Part shown: one piece after another, positions 39,820 through 49,400 of the stretch
Layout of the letters: every line of letters starts with the position of its first letter
How positions within the stretch are numbered: position 1 is the stretch's first letter
Made by a program: the position numbers and the translations under genes
Notes under the pieces: generated by a model
Databases searched by the model: none
Told to the model about the DNA's origin: nothing
The model's input: the letters and a program-made list of their open reading frames with translations, nothing else
Origin: Candidatus Binatus sp.
Lineage (GTDB): Bacteria > Desulfobacterota > Binatia > Binatales > Binataceae
Reading direction: 5' to 3'
DNA length: 59,167 nt
NCBI GenBank assembly: GCA_050010075.1
Contig: JBEKLS010000004.1
Span: 1-59,167 of the forward strand

Positions 39820-41325
39820 GTGGCGGCATCAACGGTTCCATCAATATTACGAGCAGCACACGGGGTAACCTCGATCCCGGTTCTGGATTTCCTGCGCAGA
39901 CCGAAGGGTCTTTTGATAGGAGGTAAGTGGGTACCGGCGAAATCAGGAAAGACCTTCGAAACGATAAATCCAGCAAACGAAGAAGTGCTCGCGTTGGTCC
40001 CTGAAGGTGACAAAGCGGATGTCGATGAAGCGGTCAAGTCCGCACGAAGGGCATACGAATATGGAAAGTGGCCAACAATCAATCCGCATCAGCGTGCTCG
40101 CTACCTGCTGACTATCGCGGACTTGATCGAGAAACACGTGGAAGAGTTGGCGATCCTCGAGACGCTCAATAACGGGATGGCAATCTCGTTGGCCCGGGGG
40201 TTTACGCTGATGGCTGCTGACACTTTCAGGTATTACGCAGGATGGGCAACCAAGATCTACGGTGAGACCAATCCTTCTGATCCTTCGATGTTCAATTACA
40301 CGCTGCGCGAGCCAGTTGGCGTCTGTGGCCAGATAATCCCTTGGAACGGTCCAATCGCGATGCTTGCCTGGAAGATCGCGCCGGCGCTCGCGTGTGGAAA
40401 CGTATCGATACTAAAGCCCGCCGAGCAGACACCGCTAACGGCGCTCAGAATCGGCGAGCTGATGATGGAAGCAGATCTTCCGGAAGGCGTCGTCAACATT
40501 GTTACAGGATATGGCGAAACCGCTGGCGCCGCGATTGCCTCGCATCCCGACATCGACAAAGTCGCATTTACCGGTTCAACTGAAGTGGGCAAATTGATCC
40601 TTCAAGCATCTGCTGGGAACCTGAAACGGGTCTCGCTGGAGCTGGGTGGCAAGTCACCTAATATTGTTTTTCCTGATGCCGACCTTGAAGACGCGGTACC
40701 TACTTCACTGATGGGCTTTTGCATGCTCTCCGGACAGGTTTGTTGCGCTGGTACGCGGGTATTCGTGCAGAGCGACTTCCACGATCGCTTCGTCGATCAT
40801 CTGACTCGCTACGCTTCGAAGGTCAAGGCGGGCGACCCGCTCGATGCTAACACGATGGTGGGCCCACTTGTTTCCAAAGAACAGTTCAACCGCGTCAACG
40901 GCTACATTGGTGCAGGAAAGAACGAAGGTGCTAGGACCGCAATTGGTGGTGAAGTACGGACCGGGAAGGGATTTTTCGTCGATCCGACGATTTTTATAGA
41001 TGTCAAAAATAGCATGAAGATCGCACGTGAAGAGATTTTCGGTCCCGTTGCAGCGGTGATTCCGTTCAAGGACGAGAACGACGCAGTGTTCCAGGGCAAT
41101 GACACTACCTATGGCCTGGCCGCAGCGGTATGGACGCGCGATGTGAGCCGCGCCTTTCGAGTAGCGCGCGCGATCAAAGCCGGTACCGTTTGGGTCAATT
41201 GCTATAACAACATCGATCCGATTTCCCCGTTCGGCGGCTATAAGCAATCAGGCATCGGTCGTGAGTTGGGCAAACATTCGCTGGATCTGTATACCCAGAT
41301 CAAATCGGTATATGTGAAACTCTAA
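39820..41325 (+). CDS. NAD-dependent aldehyde dehydrogenase
   Basis: IIPWN, FTGSTEVG, LELGGKSP, GQVCCAG, EEIFGPV, PFGGYKQSG. Confidence 0.96.
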   Translation: MAASTVPSILRAAHGVTSIPVLDFLRRPKGLLIGGKWVPAKSGKTFETINPANEEVLALVPEGDKADVDEAVKSARRAYEYGKWPTINPHQRARYLLTIADLIEKHVEELAILETLNNGMAISLARGFTLMAADTFRYYAGWATKIYGETNPSDPSMFNYTLREPVGVCGQIIPWNGPIAMLAWKIAPALACGNVSILKPAEQTPLTALRIGELMMEADLPEGVVNIVTGYGETAGAAIASHPDIDKVAFTGSTEVGKLILQASAGNLKRVSLELGGKSPNIVFPDADLEDAVPTSLMGFCMLSGQVCCAGTRVFVQSDFHDRFVDHLTRYASKVKAGDPLDANTMVGPLVSKEQFNRVNGYIGAGKNEGARTAIGGEVRTGKGFFVDPTIFIDVKNSMKIAREEIFGPVAAVIPFKDENDAVFQGNDTTYGLAAAVWTRDVSRAFRVARAIKAGTVWVNCYNNIDPISPFGGYKQSGIGRELGKHSLDLYTQIKSVYVKL

Positions 41326-41405
41326 TTTTTGACTTTAGTAGGACGATCTATGTCGAGAGACGGACCGTGCACGTTGCAAAGCTAGTGTAGGCTGGAGAAG
41401 ACGAA

Positions 41406-42551
41406 ATGAAATTTGGACTCCTTACTGAAGGCGAAGTGCCTAAGGGCCTCTCGTATAGCGCGCGTTACCATGAGATTATAAAGGAGGCGGTGTTTGCAGA
41501 AGAGATGGGTTTCGATTTCTGGGGTACTTCAGAACAACATTTCGTTCCGTCTGCATACTCGGTCTCGGCGCCGGAAACTCTTTACGGCGCTGTTGCCGCG
41601 CTAACGTCTAAGATCACGATACGTCACATGTCGGTCGTGATGTTGCGGTACAATCATCCAATTCGTATCGCGGAGCGAGTGGCCACGCTCGATATTCTCT
41701 GCAAGGGACGGCTGGAGTTGGGCACGGCACGGTCGAACAACATAGAGTACCTCAAAGCTTTTGGCGTGGATCCTGTGACAACACGAGAGGAATACCGCGA
41801 AACAGTGGAGGCGGTGGTCCGGGCACTCATGGAGTCGCCTTTTGAATACCATGGAAAATTCTATGATTTCGGTCCCACAAGTATTGTTCCCAGGCTCCAC
41901 GGACCACACTGCCCTCCTATGTATGTGTCTGCAACAAGTGTCGAAACTCATCGCAGTTCAGGAGAGCTGGGCATCGGCAGCATGACGCATGACAACTGGT
42001 TTGGCTGGGATTACATGAAGCAATGTGTAAGCGCTCACAATGAAGGCCTCCGATCCGCCCGGCCGATCGGTGGCTTGTATGCGATCAACCCACACCTGGC
42101 GCTCTTAACATTTCCTGCCCATGTTGCAGCCACCAGAGCCAGAGCAATAGAAGAGGCAAGGCATTCGATCTTGGGCCTTTTCAATCATGTGTCGCAGCTA
42201 TATTTGGGTCTTGCTCGCGCTGAGAAGGAGAAGGGCGGATCCGGGTATTCGTATTTCGAAGGCATGGAAGCGCTCGTCGAGAAAGGGAGCAGGGATATCG
42301 AATATCTGATAGACAATTCGCCTACAATACTAGTGGGCGATCCCGAGCAAGTTATAAAGCGTATCAAGGAATATGAGGCAGCGGGTTTCGACGAGGTCAT
42401 TCTGAAAATCGACGGATATGGTCATAGCGTGGTCATGAAAAGCATCGAAATGTTTAGCAAGTATGTGTTCCCAGAGTTCCGGAATCGCCGTGCGATACCC
42501 GCGAACGATTGGGAAAGTGTTGGTGTGACGGTCCCGTCATATCTTCTTTAA
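41406..42551 (+). CDS. LLM class flavin-dependent oxidoreductase 3
   Basis: MKFGLL.E, AEEMGFDFWGTSEQHF, HPIRIAERVATLDIL..GRLELGTAR; close paralog of LLM 1. Confidence 0.93.
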   Translation: MKFGLLTEGEVPKGLSYSARYHEIIKEAVFAEEMGFDFWGTSEQHFVPSAYSVSAPETLYGAVAALTSKITIRHMSVVMLRYNHPIRIAERVATLDILCKGRLELGTARSNNIEYLKAFGVDPVTTREEYRETVEAVVRALMESPFEYHGKFYDFGPTSIVPRLHGPHCPPMYVSATSVETHRSSGELGIGSMTHDNWFGWDYMKQCVSAHNEGLRSARPIGGLYAINPHLALLTFPAHVAATRARAIEEARHSILGLFNHVSQLYLGLARAEKEKGGSGYSYFEGMEALVEKGSRDIEYLIDNSPTILVGDPEQVIKRIKEYEAAGFDEVILKIDGYGHSVVMKSIEMFSKYVFPEFRNRRAIPANDWESVGVTVPSYLL

Positions 42552-42769
42552 AAAAATGCTCTGGAAAGCCTAGCGGGATATTTGAGAGAGCAGGGACTCG
42601 AATTGACGATTACTGGCGTGCTTGCCGGGAGTCGAAAAGGCCGAGGCTGAAATCGAGATTTCTCTTTTTGATATTTTCAAAAGTTATCGACTTTAGGTCG
42701 ACCGGCGTTCCCCCGATACCAAGAGAGCTAATCAAGATAAAGATTCCGATCAAGGTCGCACTCTCGGGA

Positions 42770-42786
42770 GAGCATACTCTATGCTC
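42770..42786. promoter_or_regulatory. perfect inverted repeat GAGCATA-CTC-TATGCTC, candidate operator
   Basis: 7-bp perfect arms in the intergenic region upstream of the Rieske gene. Confidence 0.35.
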
Positions 42787-43109
42787 ATCAAACCGAGAAA
42801 ACCGCCAAAGTACTCCTGCCCCTTCTCAATACCGGATCCGCTGAGACACACGTTGCTCGTCTCCCGGCACGCAGCGAGTCCTGAACGAGGGGGAGATTGT
42901 CGAACGCAGGGTCCTTCTCGGTTGCGATTTCTCTCGCACTATTCGCCTTCCAGTCGCCTCAATCGCAGCTTGTAATTCTGCGCCTCGTAGCTGGTCGATG
43001 CCGCCTTGCAATGATCGGCGAGTTGAGTCATGAGTGAGCCAATTCATAATTCCGCGCCACCGGGATGCACTCGCCGGGCGCCTTGGACGACGCATGCGGA
43101 GAAATGTTC

Positions 43110-44249
43110 ATGACCAATCTCCTGGATGACCGGAGCGTTGTTCAGCGCGTCCTGGATCATGTCGACCGGCAGACCACTGACCTCGGCGACGATGTCTGGC
43201 GCGAACCGGTTGGAAACTATCTCTCGAAAGAGCGTTTTGCGGCTGAAGTCGAGATCTTGCGCCGCCGTCCAGTTGCATTCTGCCCCTCTGCGGCCCTGCC
43301 GGACACTGGCTCATACGTAGCCCACAATTCGGCTGGCGCCTCGATTATCGCGGTTCGAGGCGCCGATGGAGCGGTTACCGCGTTTCGCAATGCGTGCCGC
43401 CATCGCGGGATGCCGCTGGCCGAGAAAACTGGATGTCAAAAAGCCTTCGTATGTCGTTATCACGGATGGACCTATGGCCTCGACGGGAGCCTTATTCACG
43501 TACCGGACGAGTACGGATTCCCCGGACTGGACAAAAGCACCAGAGGGCTGGTTCCGCTTGCCACGCGCGAACATGGGGGGTTGGTCTTTGTTACTCAGTC
43601 TGACGTAGCCTCCGGCGCGGCCGATCCTGAGATTCTTCCGCCGCTCCCGCTCGCTCGCCATAAGTTGCGCCGTGCCTGGGAAACGGAAACGAATGTAAAT
43701 TGGAAGATTGTCGCGGAAGGATTTCTCGAGGGCTACCACATCCGTCATCTTCATCGCGATACTTTCTATCCCGCTCAGTTCGACAATCTGAATGTGATCG
43801 AGAGCTTCGGACGTAACAGCCGAGTCGTCTTCCCCTACCGAGCTATCAATAAGATGCGCGAGACACCGCCGTCCGCGCGCACTGCCCAAGGGGTTCTAAC
43901 CTACGTCTATCATTTGTTTCCCAACGTGATGGTGGTTACTTTCCCAGCCACAGTTTCGGTTTTGATCCTGGAGCCGCTCGAAGTAGATCGAACGCTACTT
44001 ATCTCCTATGTGGTCACCGATCGAGAAACCGAACTCCCCGAGGTGCAGGCTAAGGTTCAGGATCGCGAGGATTTCTCCGCTCTCGGCGCAGTCGAGGACA
44101 CGGAGGCGACGCAAGCTATCCAGCGCAGCCTCAACAGCGGCGCCAACGAGTTCTTTGAATTCGGCCGGTTCGAGAAGGCTATCTGCCACTTCCATCGCTC
44201 CCTAAGCGAGGCGTTGAAGGAGATCGGTTTTGTCGATTCGTCAAAGTAG
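43110..44249 (+). CDS. Rieske non-heme iron oxygenase alpha subunit
   Basis: CRHRG...CRYHGW Rieske motif; NWK...EGYHIRHLH mononuclear Fe site; distal ED. Start placed after GGAG (the ORF is open to 43065). Confidence 0.92.
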   Translation: MTNLLDDRSVVQRVLDHVDRQTTDLGDDVWREPVGNYLSKERFAAEVEILRRRPVAFCPSAALPDTGSYVAHNSAGASIIAVRGADGAVTAFRNACRHRGMPLAEKTGCQKAFVCRYHGWTYGLDGSLIHVPDEYGFPGLDKSTRGLVPLATREHGGLVFVTQSDVASGAADPEILPPLPLARHKLRRAWETETNVNWKIVAEGFLEGYHIRHLHRDTFYPAQFDNLNVIESFGRNSRVVFPYRAINKMRETPPSARTAQGVLTYVYHLFPNVMVVTFPATVSVLILEPLEVDRTLLISYVVTDRETELPEVQAKVQDREDFSALGAVEDTEATQAIQRSLNSGANEFFEFGRFEKAICHFHRSLSEALKEIGFVDSSK

Positions 44250-44292
44250 TGGCTGGAACCAGGACCTTTAGCGAGCAAATTCCTTTATCTTT

Positions 44293-44311
44293 TTGACAGT
44301 CCGTCTGTTAA
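44293..44311. promoter_or_regulatory. imperfect palindrome TTGACAGTCCGTCTGTTAA, TetR-like operator overlapping a TTGACA hexamer
   Basis: Dyad symmetry ending 25 bp upstream of the flavin hydroxylase ATG. Confidence 0.4.
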
Positions 44312-44336
44312 GCCGCGAGAACGATCTGAGGAAAGC

Positions 44337-45524
44337 ATGGACGAAGCTCAGACAACTGACGCTACGACTTCGATTATCGAAGCAACTCGGTCACTAGCTC
44401 CTTTAATTGCAGATTGCGCCCCCGACATGGTCGCGGAGCGGCGGCTGCCTCTTCGCCTGGTCGAGGAACTCAGGAAGCTGGGCGCATTCCGCATGGCAAT
44501 CCCTGCAATTTATGGCGGCCTCGAGCTCGACCCGATGACACAGGTCCGAGTAGTGGAAGAGCTGTCCCGAATGGATGGGTCGGTCGGATGGTGCGCGATG
44601 ATTTCGACGGCCGGCAGCTTTATGGGCGCGTTCCTCGCGCCCGCGGTAGCGCAAAGGTTATGGGGTCATAGAGATTTCTCGATAGCCGGCCAAGCTATAC
44701 CTACAGGTCGCGCCGAGGTAGCCGAGGGTGGTTATCGAGTCAGCGGACGATTCAGACTAGGCAGTGGATGCCATCATGCGTCTGTGATCTCTGGAGTGTG
44801 CACCGTGTTCGAAGGAGGCAAGCCGCGGCTGCGTGACGGCGATACGCCGGAAGTTCGGACGATGTTATTTCCGCCGTCCGCATGCAGGATCCTGGATACC
44901 TGGCATGCCACTGGTCTATCTGGCACCGGTAGTAATGACTTCCTGGTGGAAGACGCGTTCGTTCCATCTGAAGAAAGCGTGAGCTTCCTTGAGCCACCAT
45001 TCTGTCGCGGACCGCTTTATCGCTTCTATCCCCTGTTTCTCGTTTCCCATGCCGGAGTACCCCTGGGTCTTGCACGTGCGGCTATCGAAGCGGTGATCGA
45101 GTTGTCTCAGCCCAAGGAAGGAGCCGCCGACCCATATAAATTTTCGGGCTCGCGACCCTTGTACCAGGATTCGCGCGCACACGAAGCGATAGCTGTTGCA
45201 GAAGGTGCGCTGATGGCCGCTCGTAGCTTCGTCTATTCCTGCATCGAAGACCTTTGGAGCACGCTCTGCCGTGATGAAAGACTTTCACCACGTCAGCGCG
45301 CTCTGTATCGAATCATGCTCATTCAGGTGCATCGTGTAGCGAAAGAGGTTGTCACTTCGATGTATGACCTTGCGGCTACCCGCGCGATCTATCGCACTAG
45401 TCCGCTGGACCGAATCATGCGTGATATCACAACCGCCTGCCAACATGGTGTGGTGCATCCCAGAATGTACCGCGTCGCGGGGCGTCTTCTATTGGGCCTG
45501 AAGTCTGGCGACGCTTCCGTATAA
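44337..45524 (+). CDS. acyl-CoA-dehydrogenase-fold flavin-dependent hydroxylase (HsaA/HpaH-C2-like)
   Basis: P..YGGLE, DGSVGW, GSGCHHA, WHATGLSGTGSND, LDRIMRDI...CQH. Confidence 0.88.
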   Translation: MDEAQTTDATTSIIEATRSLAPLIADCAPDMVAERRLPLRLVEELRKLGAFRMAIPAIYGGLELDPMTQVRVVEELSRMDGSVGWCAMISTAGSFMGAFLAPAVAQRLWGHRDFSIAGQAIPTGRAEVAEGGYRVSGRFRLGSGCHHASVISGVCTVFEGGKPRLRDGDTPEVRTMLFPPSACRILDTWHATGLSGTGSNDFLVEDAFVPSEESVSFLEPPFCRGPLYRFYPLFLVSHAGVPLGLARAAIEAVIELSQPKEGAADPYKFSGSRPLYQDSRAHEAIAVAEGALMAARSFVYSCIEDLWSTLCRDERLSPRQRALYRIMLIQVHRVAKEVVTSMYDLAATRAIYRTSPLDRIMRDITTACQHGVVHPRMYRVAGRLLLGLKSGDASV

Positions 45525-45570
45525 GGAGAGAACGTGGTTTCGCCCGAATTTCCAGTGAGGAGAGACGACG

Positions 45571-46452
45571 ATGAAGGGAAAGAATGAAGCTGAAGTGACA
45601 CTGGTAGATCGTCGGCAACTCGAACCATGGCTTGCGGGCCGTTCTTTCGAAGATTGCTACGCTGAGTATAAGGAGGAGGGTTACATCGTCTTCAGGAACG
45701 TCATGTCGTCTGAAGAGGTGAGCCGAGTTCGCGAAGCGTTGAAACCACACTTCCTCCATCGAGGACGTAACAACTTCGAGGGCTTCAAATCCAACCGCGT
45801 ATACGCGTTGCTCGCTAAGTCGCCGAAGGTCTTCTCGGACATGCTGACGCATCCTTTGGCGCTGGGCTTTGCCGAAGCTGATCTGGGCGCATCGTGTTTG
45901 GTCTCCGCATTTCTCGCAATCAACCTGCTGCCGGGCGAGACAGTTCAGGACTGGCATCGTGATGACGGTACGATTCCAATCCCATCACCTCGTCCTGCAT
46001 ATGGTGTCAGCACCTTCTGGGCGATCGACGACATGACCGAGGAGAACGGCGCGACCGAGATTGTGCCCCGGAGCCACCTTTGCACCGATCAGTCAACTCC
46101 GCGCATTTATGACGACAAATTTGATGATCGAGAACGCGACGTCAACGAGGATCCCGACCCGCGAAAAGACGCGATCAAAGTTATCATGCCAGCCGGATCG
46201 TTGATGATTGCCAGCGGTCATCTGTTGCATCGCGGGGGCGCCAACAAATCGAATGCTCCGCGGCTAATCGTCACCCCGCAGTATTGTCCCGGCTGGGCGC
46301 GCCAGATCGAGAACATGATGTTGGCCGTGCCGCGCGAAATAGCGGCGACTCTGCCGAGGCGGACCAGGCAATTGATAGGATATTCTATTCATGGAGTCTT
46401 CATTGGCTACGTCGATGGCGTCCATCCGGACACCTTGCTGCGTGTCTCCTGA
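45571..46452 (+). CDS. PhyH family Fe(II)/2-oxoglutarate dioxygenase
   Basis: PGETVQDWHRDD (HxD), WAIDD.TEENGAT...P.SH, LLHRGGAN...R. Confidence 0.92.
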   Translation: MKGKNEAEVTLVDRRQLEPWLAGRSFEDCYAEYKEEGYIVFRNVMSSEEVSRVREALKPHFLHRGRNNFEGFKSNRVYALLAKSPKVFSDMLTHPLALGFAEADLGASCLVSAFLAINLLPGETVQDWHRDDGTIPIPSPRPAYGVSTFWAIDDMTEENGATEIVPRSHLCTDQSTPRIYDDKFDDRERDVNEDPDPRKDAIKVIMPAGSLMIASGHLLHRGGANKSNAPRLIVTPQYCPGWARQIENMMLAVPREIAATLPRRTRQLIGYSIHGVFIGYVDGVHPDTLLRVS

Positions 46453-46463
46453 CCTGAATCTCG

Positions 46464-49400
46464 TCACTTCGCGGCCAGTAGCAGACTCTGCAAGCGATCG
46501 AGATCGACCGGTTTCACAAGGTGCTCGTCGAAACCTGCTTCAAAGGCGCGTCGACGGTCCGACTCCTGCCCATATCCAGTGACCGCGATCAATCGAACTG
46601 AAGCGAGTCCCGCATCCGCGCGGAGCCGGCGCACCAGCTCGTAACCGTCCATTACGGGCAGGCCGACATCGATCAACATGACATCGGGTTTGAATGTGCC
46701 CACCAACTCGAGCGAGGAGGGACCGTCGAACGCGGTGCGCGTCAGGAAGCCGAGTTCGGCGAGCGCTTCGGCGAGGGTTTCGGCGCCGTCTTGATTGTCG
46801 TCAACAATCAGCACCTTCCTGCGCGAGCTCGTGGACTCAGCAACTGCTTGCGGCTCCGAAACGATCGTAGCCGACAACCGTGGCGCAGTTGCCTGGCCTT
46901 CTGAGGCCAAGGGAAGCGTAACCACGAATTCACTGCCCTTGCCGATACCTTCGCTATGCGCGGAGACGCTGCCTCCGTGAAGCTCAACCAGGCTCTTTAC
47001 TATGGCGAGTCCGATTCCTAATCCGCCTTGCGCCCGATCGCTTCCGCGCCCGCCCTGCGAGAACAGGTCGAATACCTGCGGTAACATTTCGGACGAAATC
47101 CCGATGCCATTGTCCCGCACACGAAGGACGATCTGGCGATTTTCGCGGCTGGCGCGAATCCAGATCTTACCTCCGCGGTCGGTGTATTTGGCGGCATTGG
47201 TGAGCAGGTTGCTAATGACCTGCGAGAGCCGCGTTGGGTCCGCTTCCAGCTTTAATCCGGTATTGGGCACCGTCGCGATAAGGTGATGCATCTGCTGCTC
47301 GATGATCGGACTTGCCATCTCGATGGCCTTGACCACGACAGTTATCAGTTCAAGCGGCTCGAGCTTGAGCTGAATCTTGCCGCGCGTAATTCGCGATACG
47401 TCCAGCAGGTCATCGATCAGGTTGGCCAGATGACGAACCTGGCGCTCGATGATGTCGCGCTCGCGGCGAAATGAGTCGCTGTCGCGCATCTGGATCAGGT
47501 TGAGCGAGGTGAGAATCGGCGAGAGGGGATTGCGCAGCTCATGGCCAAGCATCGCAAGGAATTCGTCTTTGGCGCGGTTCGCCTCTTCGGCCAATCGTTT
47601 GGCTTCCTGCTCCCGTGCGATTAGCTGCTCCCTTTCTTCGAGAAACCTTTGCCGAAACCGATGAAGCTGCAGATGTGCCCGCACCCGGGCGATAAGTTCA
47701 CGCGCGGAAAATGGCTTCACCAGATAATCGTCCGCACCGTGGGTGAGTCCCTCGACCTGAGACTCCTCCCCTGCGCGGGCGGATAGCAGAATGATTGGAA
47801 TCGAGCTGGTCCTGGGATTCTCGCGCAAGGCACGCAGCAGCCCATAGCCGTCAAGCTTGGGCATCATCACATCGGTCAGGACCAGATCCGGAAGACTCCG
47901 GCTTATCGCATCCAGCGCCTCCAGACCATTGCGGACCGTTTGAACCGTACAGTACGGCGACAGCAGGCGTTTGATGTACCCACGCATATCCGCGTTGTCA
48001 TCGACCAGGAGCACCTCGGCATTTCCGTCAGCCACTGCCTCTGGTTTGCCTTGCTCAACGCGAGTTATCTCAGGAGGCATCGTCTCGCTTCGGCGTTCAC
48101 TGCTCAGCCAGGTGGCCGCCTCTTCGAGATACGGTGCTGCGCCGACTGCGGTCGACGCCACGCTTCGCCGCGCGCTGATGCGATCGCTCGGCAAATGCGC
48201 GCTGCCAGTGGGTAACGAAACGGTAAAAGTACTCCCGCTATCCAGACGGCTCTCAACTTCTATAGTTCCACCGTGCATCTTGACCAATTCGTACACCAAG
48301 GCGAGTCCGATGCCCGATCCCTCGTAGGTGCGGGCCCGCGCGCCTTCCACCCGGTGGAACCTTTGAAAAATCTTCGTCAGTTCATGTTCCGGTATGCCAA
48401 TTCCGGTATCGCTAACCGACAGCTCGAAATTGCGTCCCGCCGATTTCAGGCGGACCGTGATGGTGCCGTGAAAAGTGAATTTGAAGGCATTGGAGATAAG
48501 GTTGAGGACGATTTTTTCCCACATCTCCGGATCGACAAAACACTTGCTGTCGATTCGCTCGCACTGAACGTTCAATGCGAGTCCCGCCCTTTCCGCGAGT
48601 GACTTAAAAGAGGAAGCCAACTCTGCCGTCAGGGCGGCAGTGTCGGTCTCCTGATACGAGGCTTGAACTCGGCCCGCTTCGATCCGGGTGAAGTCGAGCA
48701 AGGTGTTGACCAACTTCAGGAGGCGCAAGCCGTTTCTCTGCACCAGCTGCATCTGTTGCCGATGTTCGTCCGACAATCCGGTGCGCCCATCCGCCAGATC
48801 CTCCAGCGGGCCTAGCATCAGCGTCAATGGAGTGCGGAATTCATGGCTCACGTTGCTGAAGAAGGTCGTCTTGGCGGCATCGATTTCGGCCAGGGCCTGT
48901 GCCCGCTGGCGCTCTTCCTGGTGTGCACGTGCGTTGGCGATTGCAGTTGCGATCTGATCTGCCGCGAGTTGAACAAAGTCGCGATATCGATGATCGAGCT
49001 TGAGCCGCGGGCTAATCCCGGCAATGAGAAACCCGTACGGGCGGCCCTGCCCGGAACGCCGCAGCGGTGCGACGACTGCAGTCTCCGTAGGCTCGGGCCA
49101 GCGTCCACCCGGTAGCCGCCCGAAGCGATCTGCAAGATCAGTAAGCTCGAGGCTGCTGCCCCTCTTCTCGACCTCTGCCAGCGGCCACGAGTCACTCGTG
49201 GCATCCTCGAGCGTCCCATGATCAGTACCGATAATCTCGGGAGCGCCGAGGTGGTTGCGATCGATCCCCACTGAGCTTACCAGGCGCGCATGGTTGCCCT
49301 CAGACTCGATGAGGTAGAGGAGCGCGAAGGGAACATCAGAGGGATTGGCGCCAAGAATTTCCGCTGCAGTCGCGCATGCTTCCTCGGCCGTTTGCGCTTC

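Noticed and set aside
27958-42551. LLM genes as a bioluminescence (luxAB) system
   Set aside because: No luxC/D/E genes; the context is catabolic and the LLMs are dispersed through the operon.
42685-42695. TATCGACTTTA, identical to the core of operator copy 3
   Set aside because: The dyad arms (TC...GA) are not preserved, so it was not counted as a motif copy.
42826-43095. Minus-strand ORF containing DQL...LQAAIEATG, faintly like the IS630 transposase DNL...AIEAAG segment
   Set aside because: The spacing is wrong, the LPPYSPD motif does not follow, and no terminal repeats were seen.
29081-44269. Shared 11-mer CCAGGACCTTT downstream of LLM 1 and of the Rieske gene
   Set aside because: Too short, with no extension; compatible with chance.
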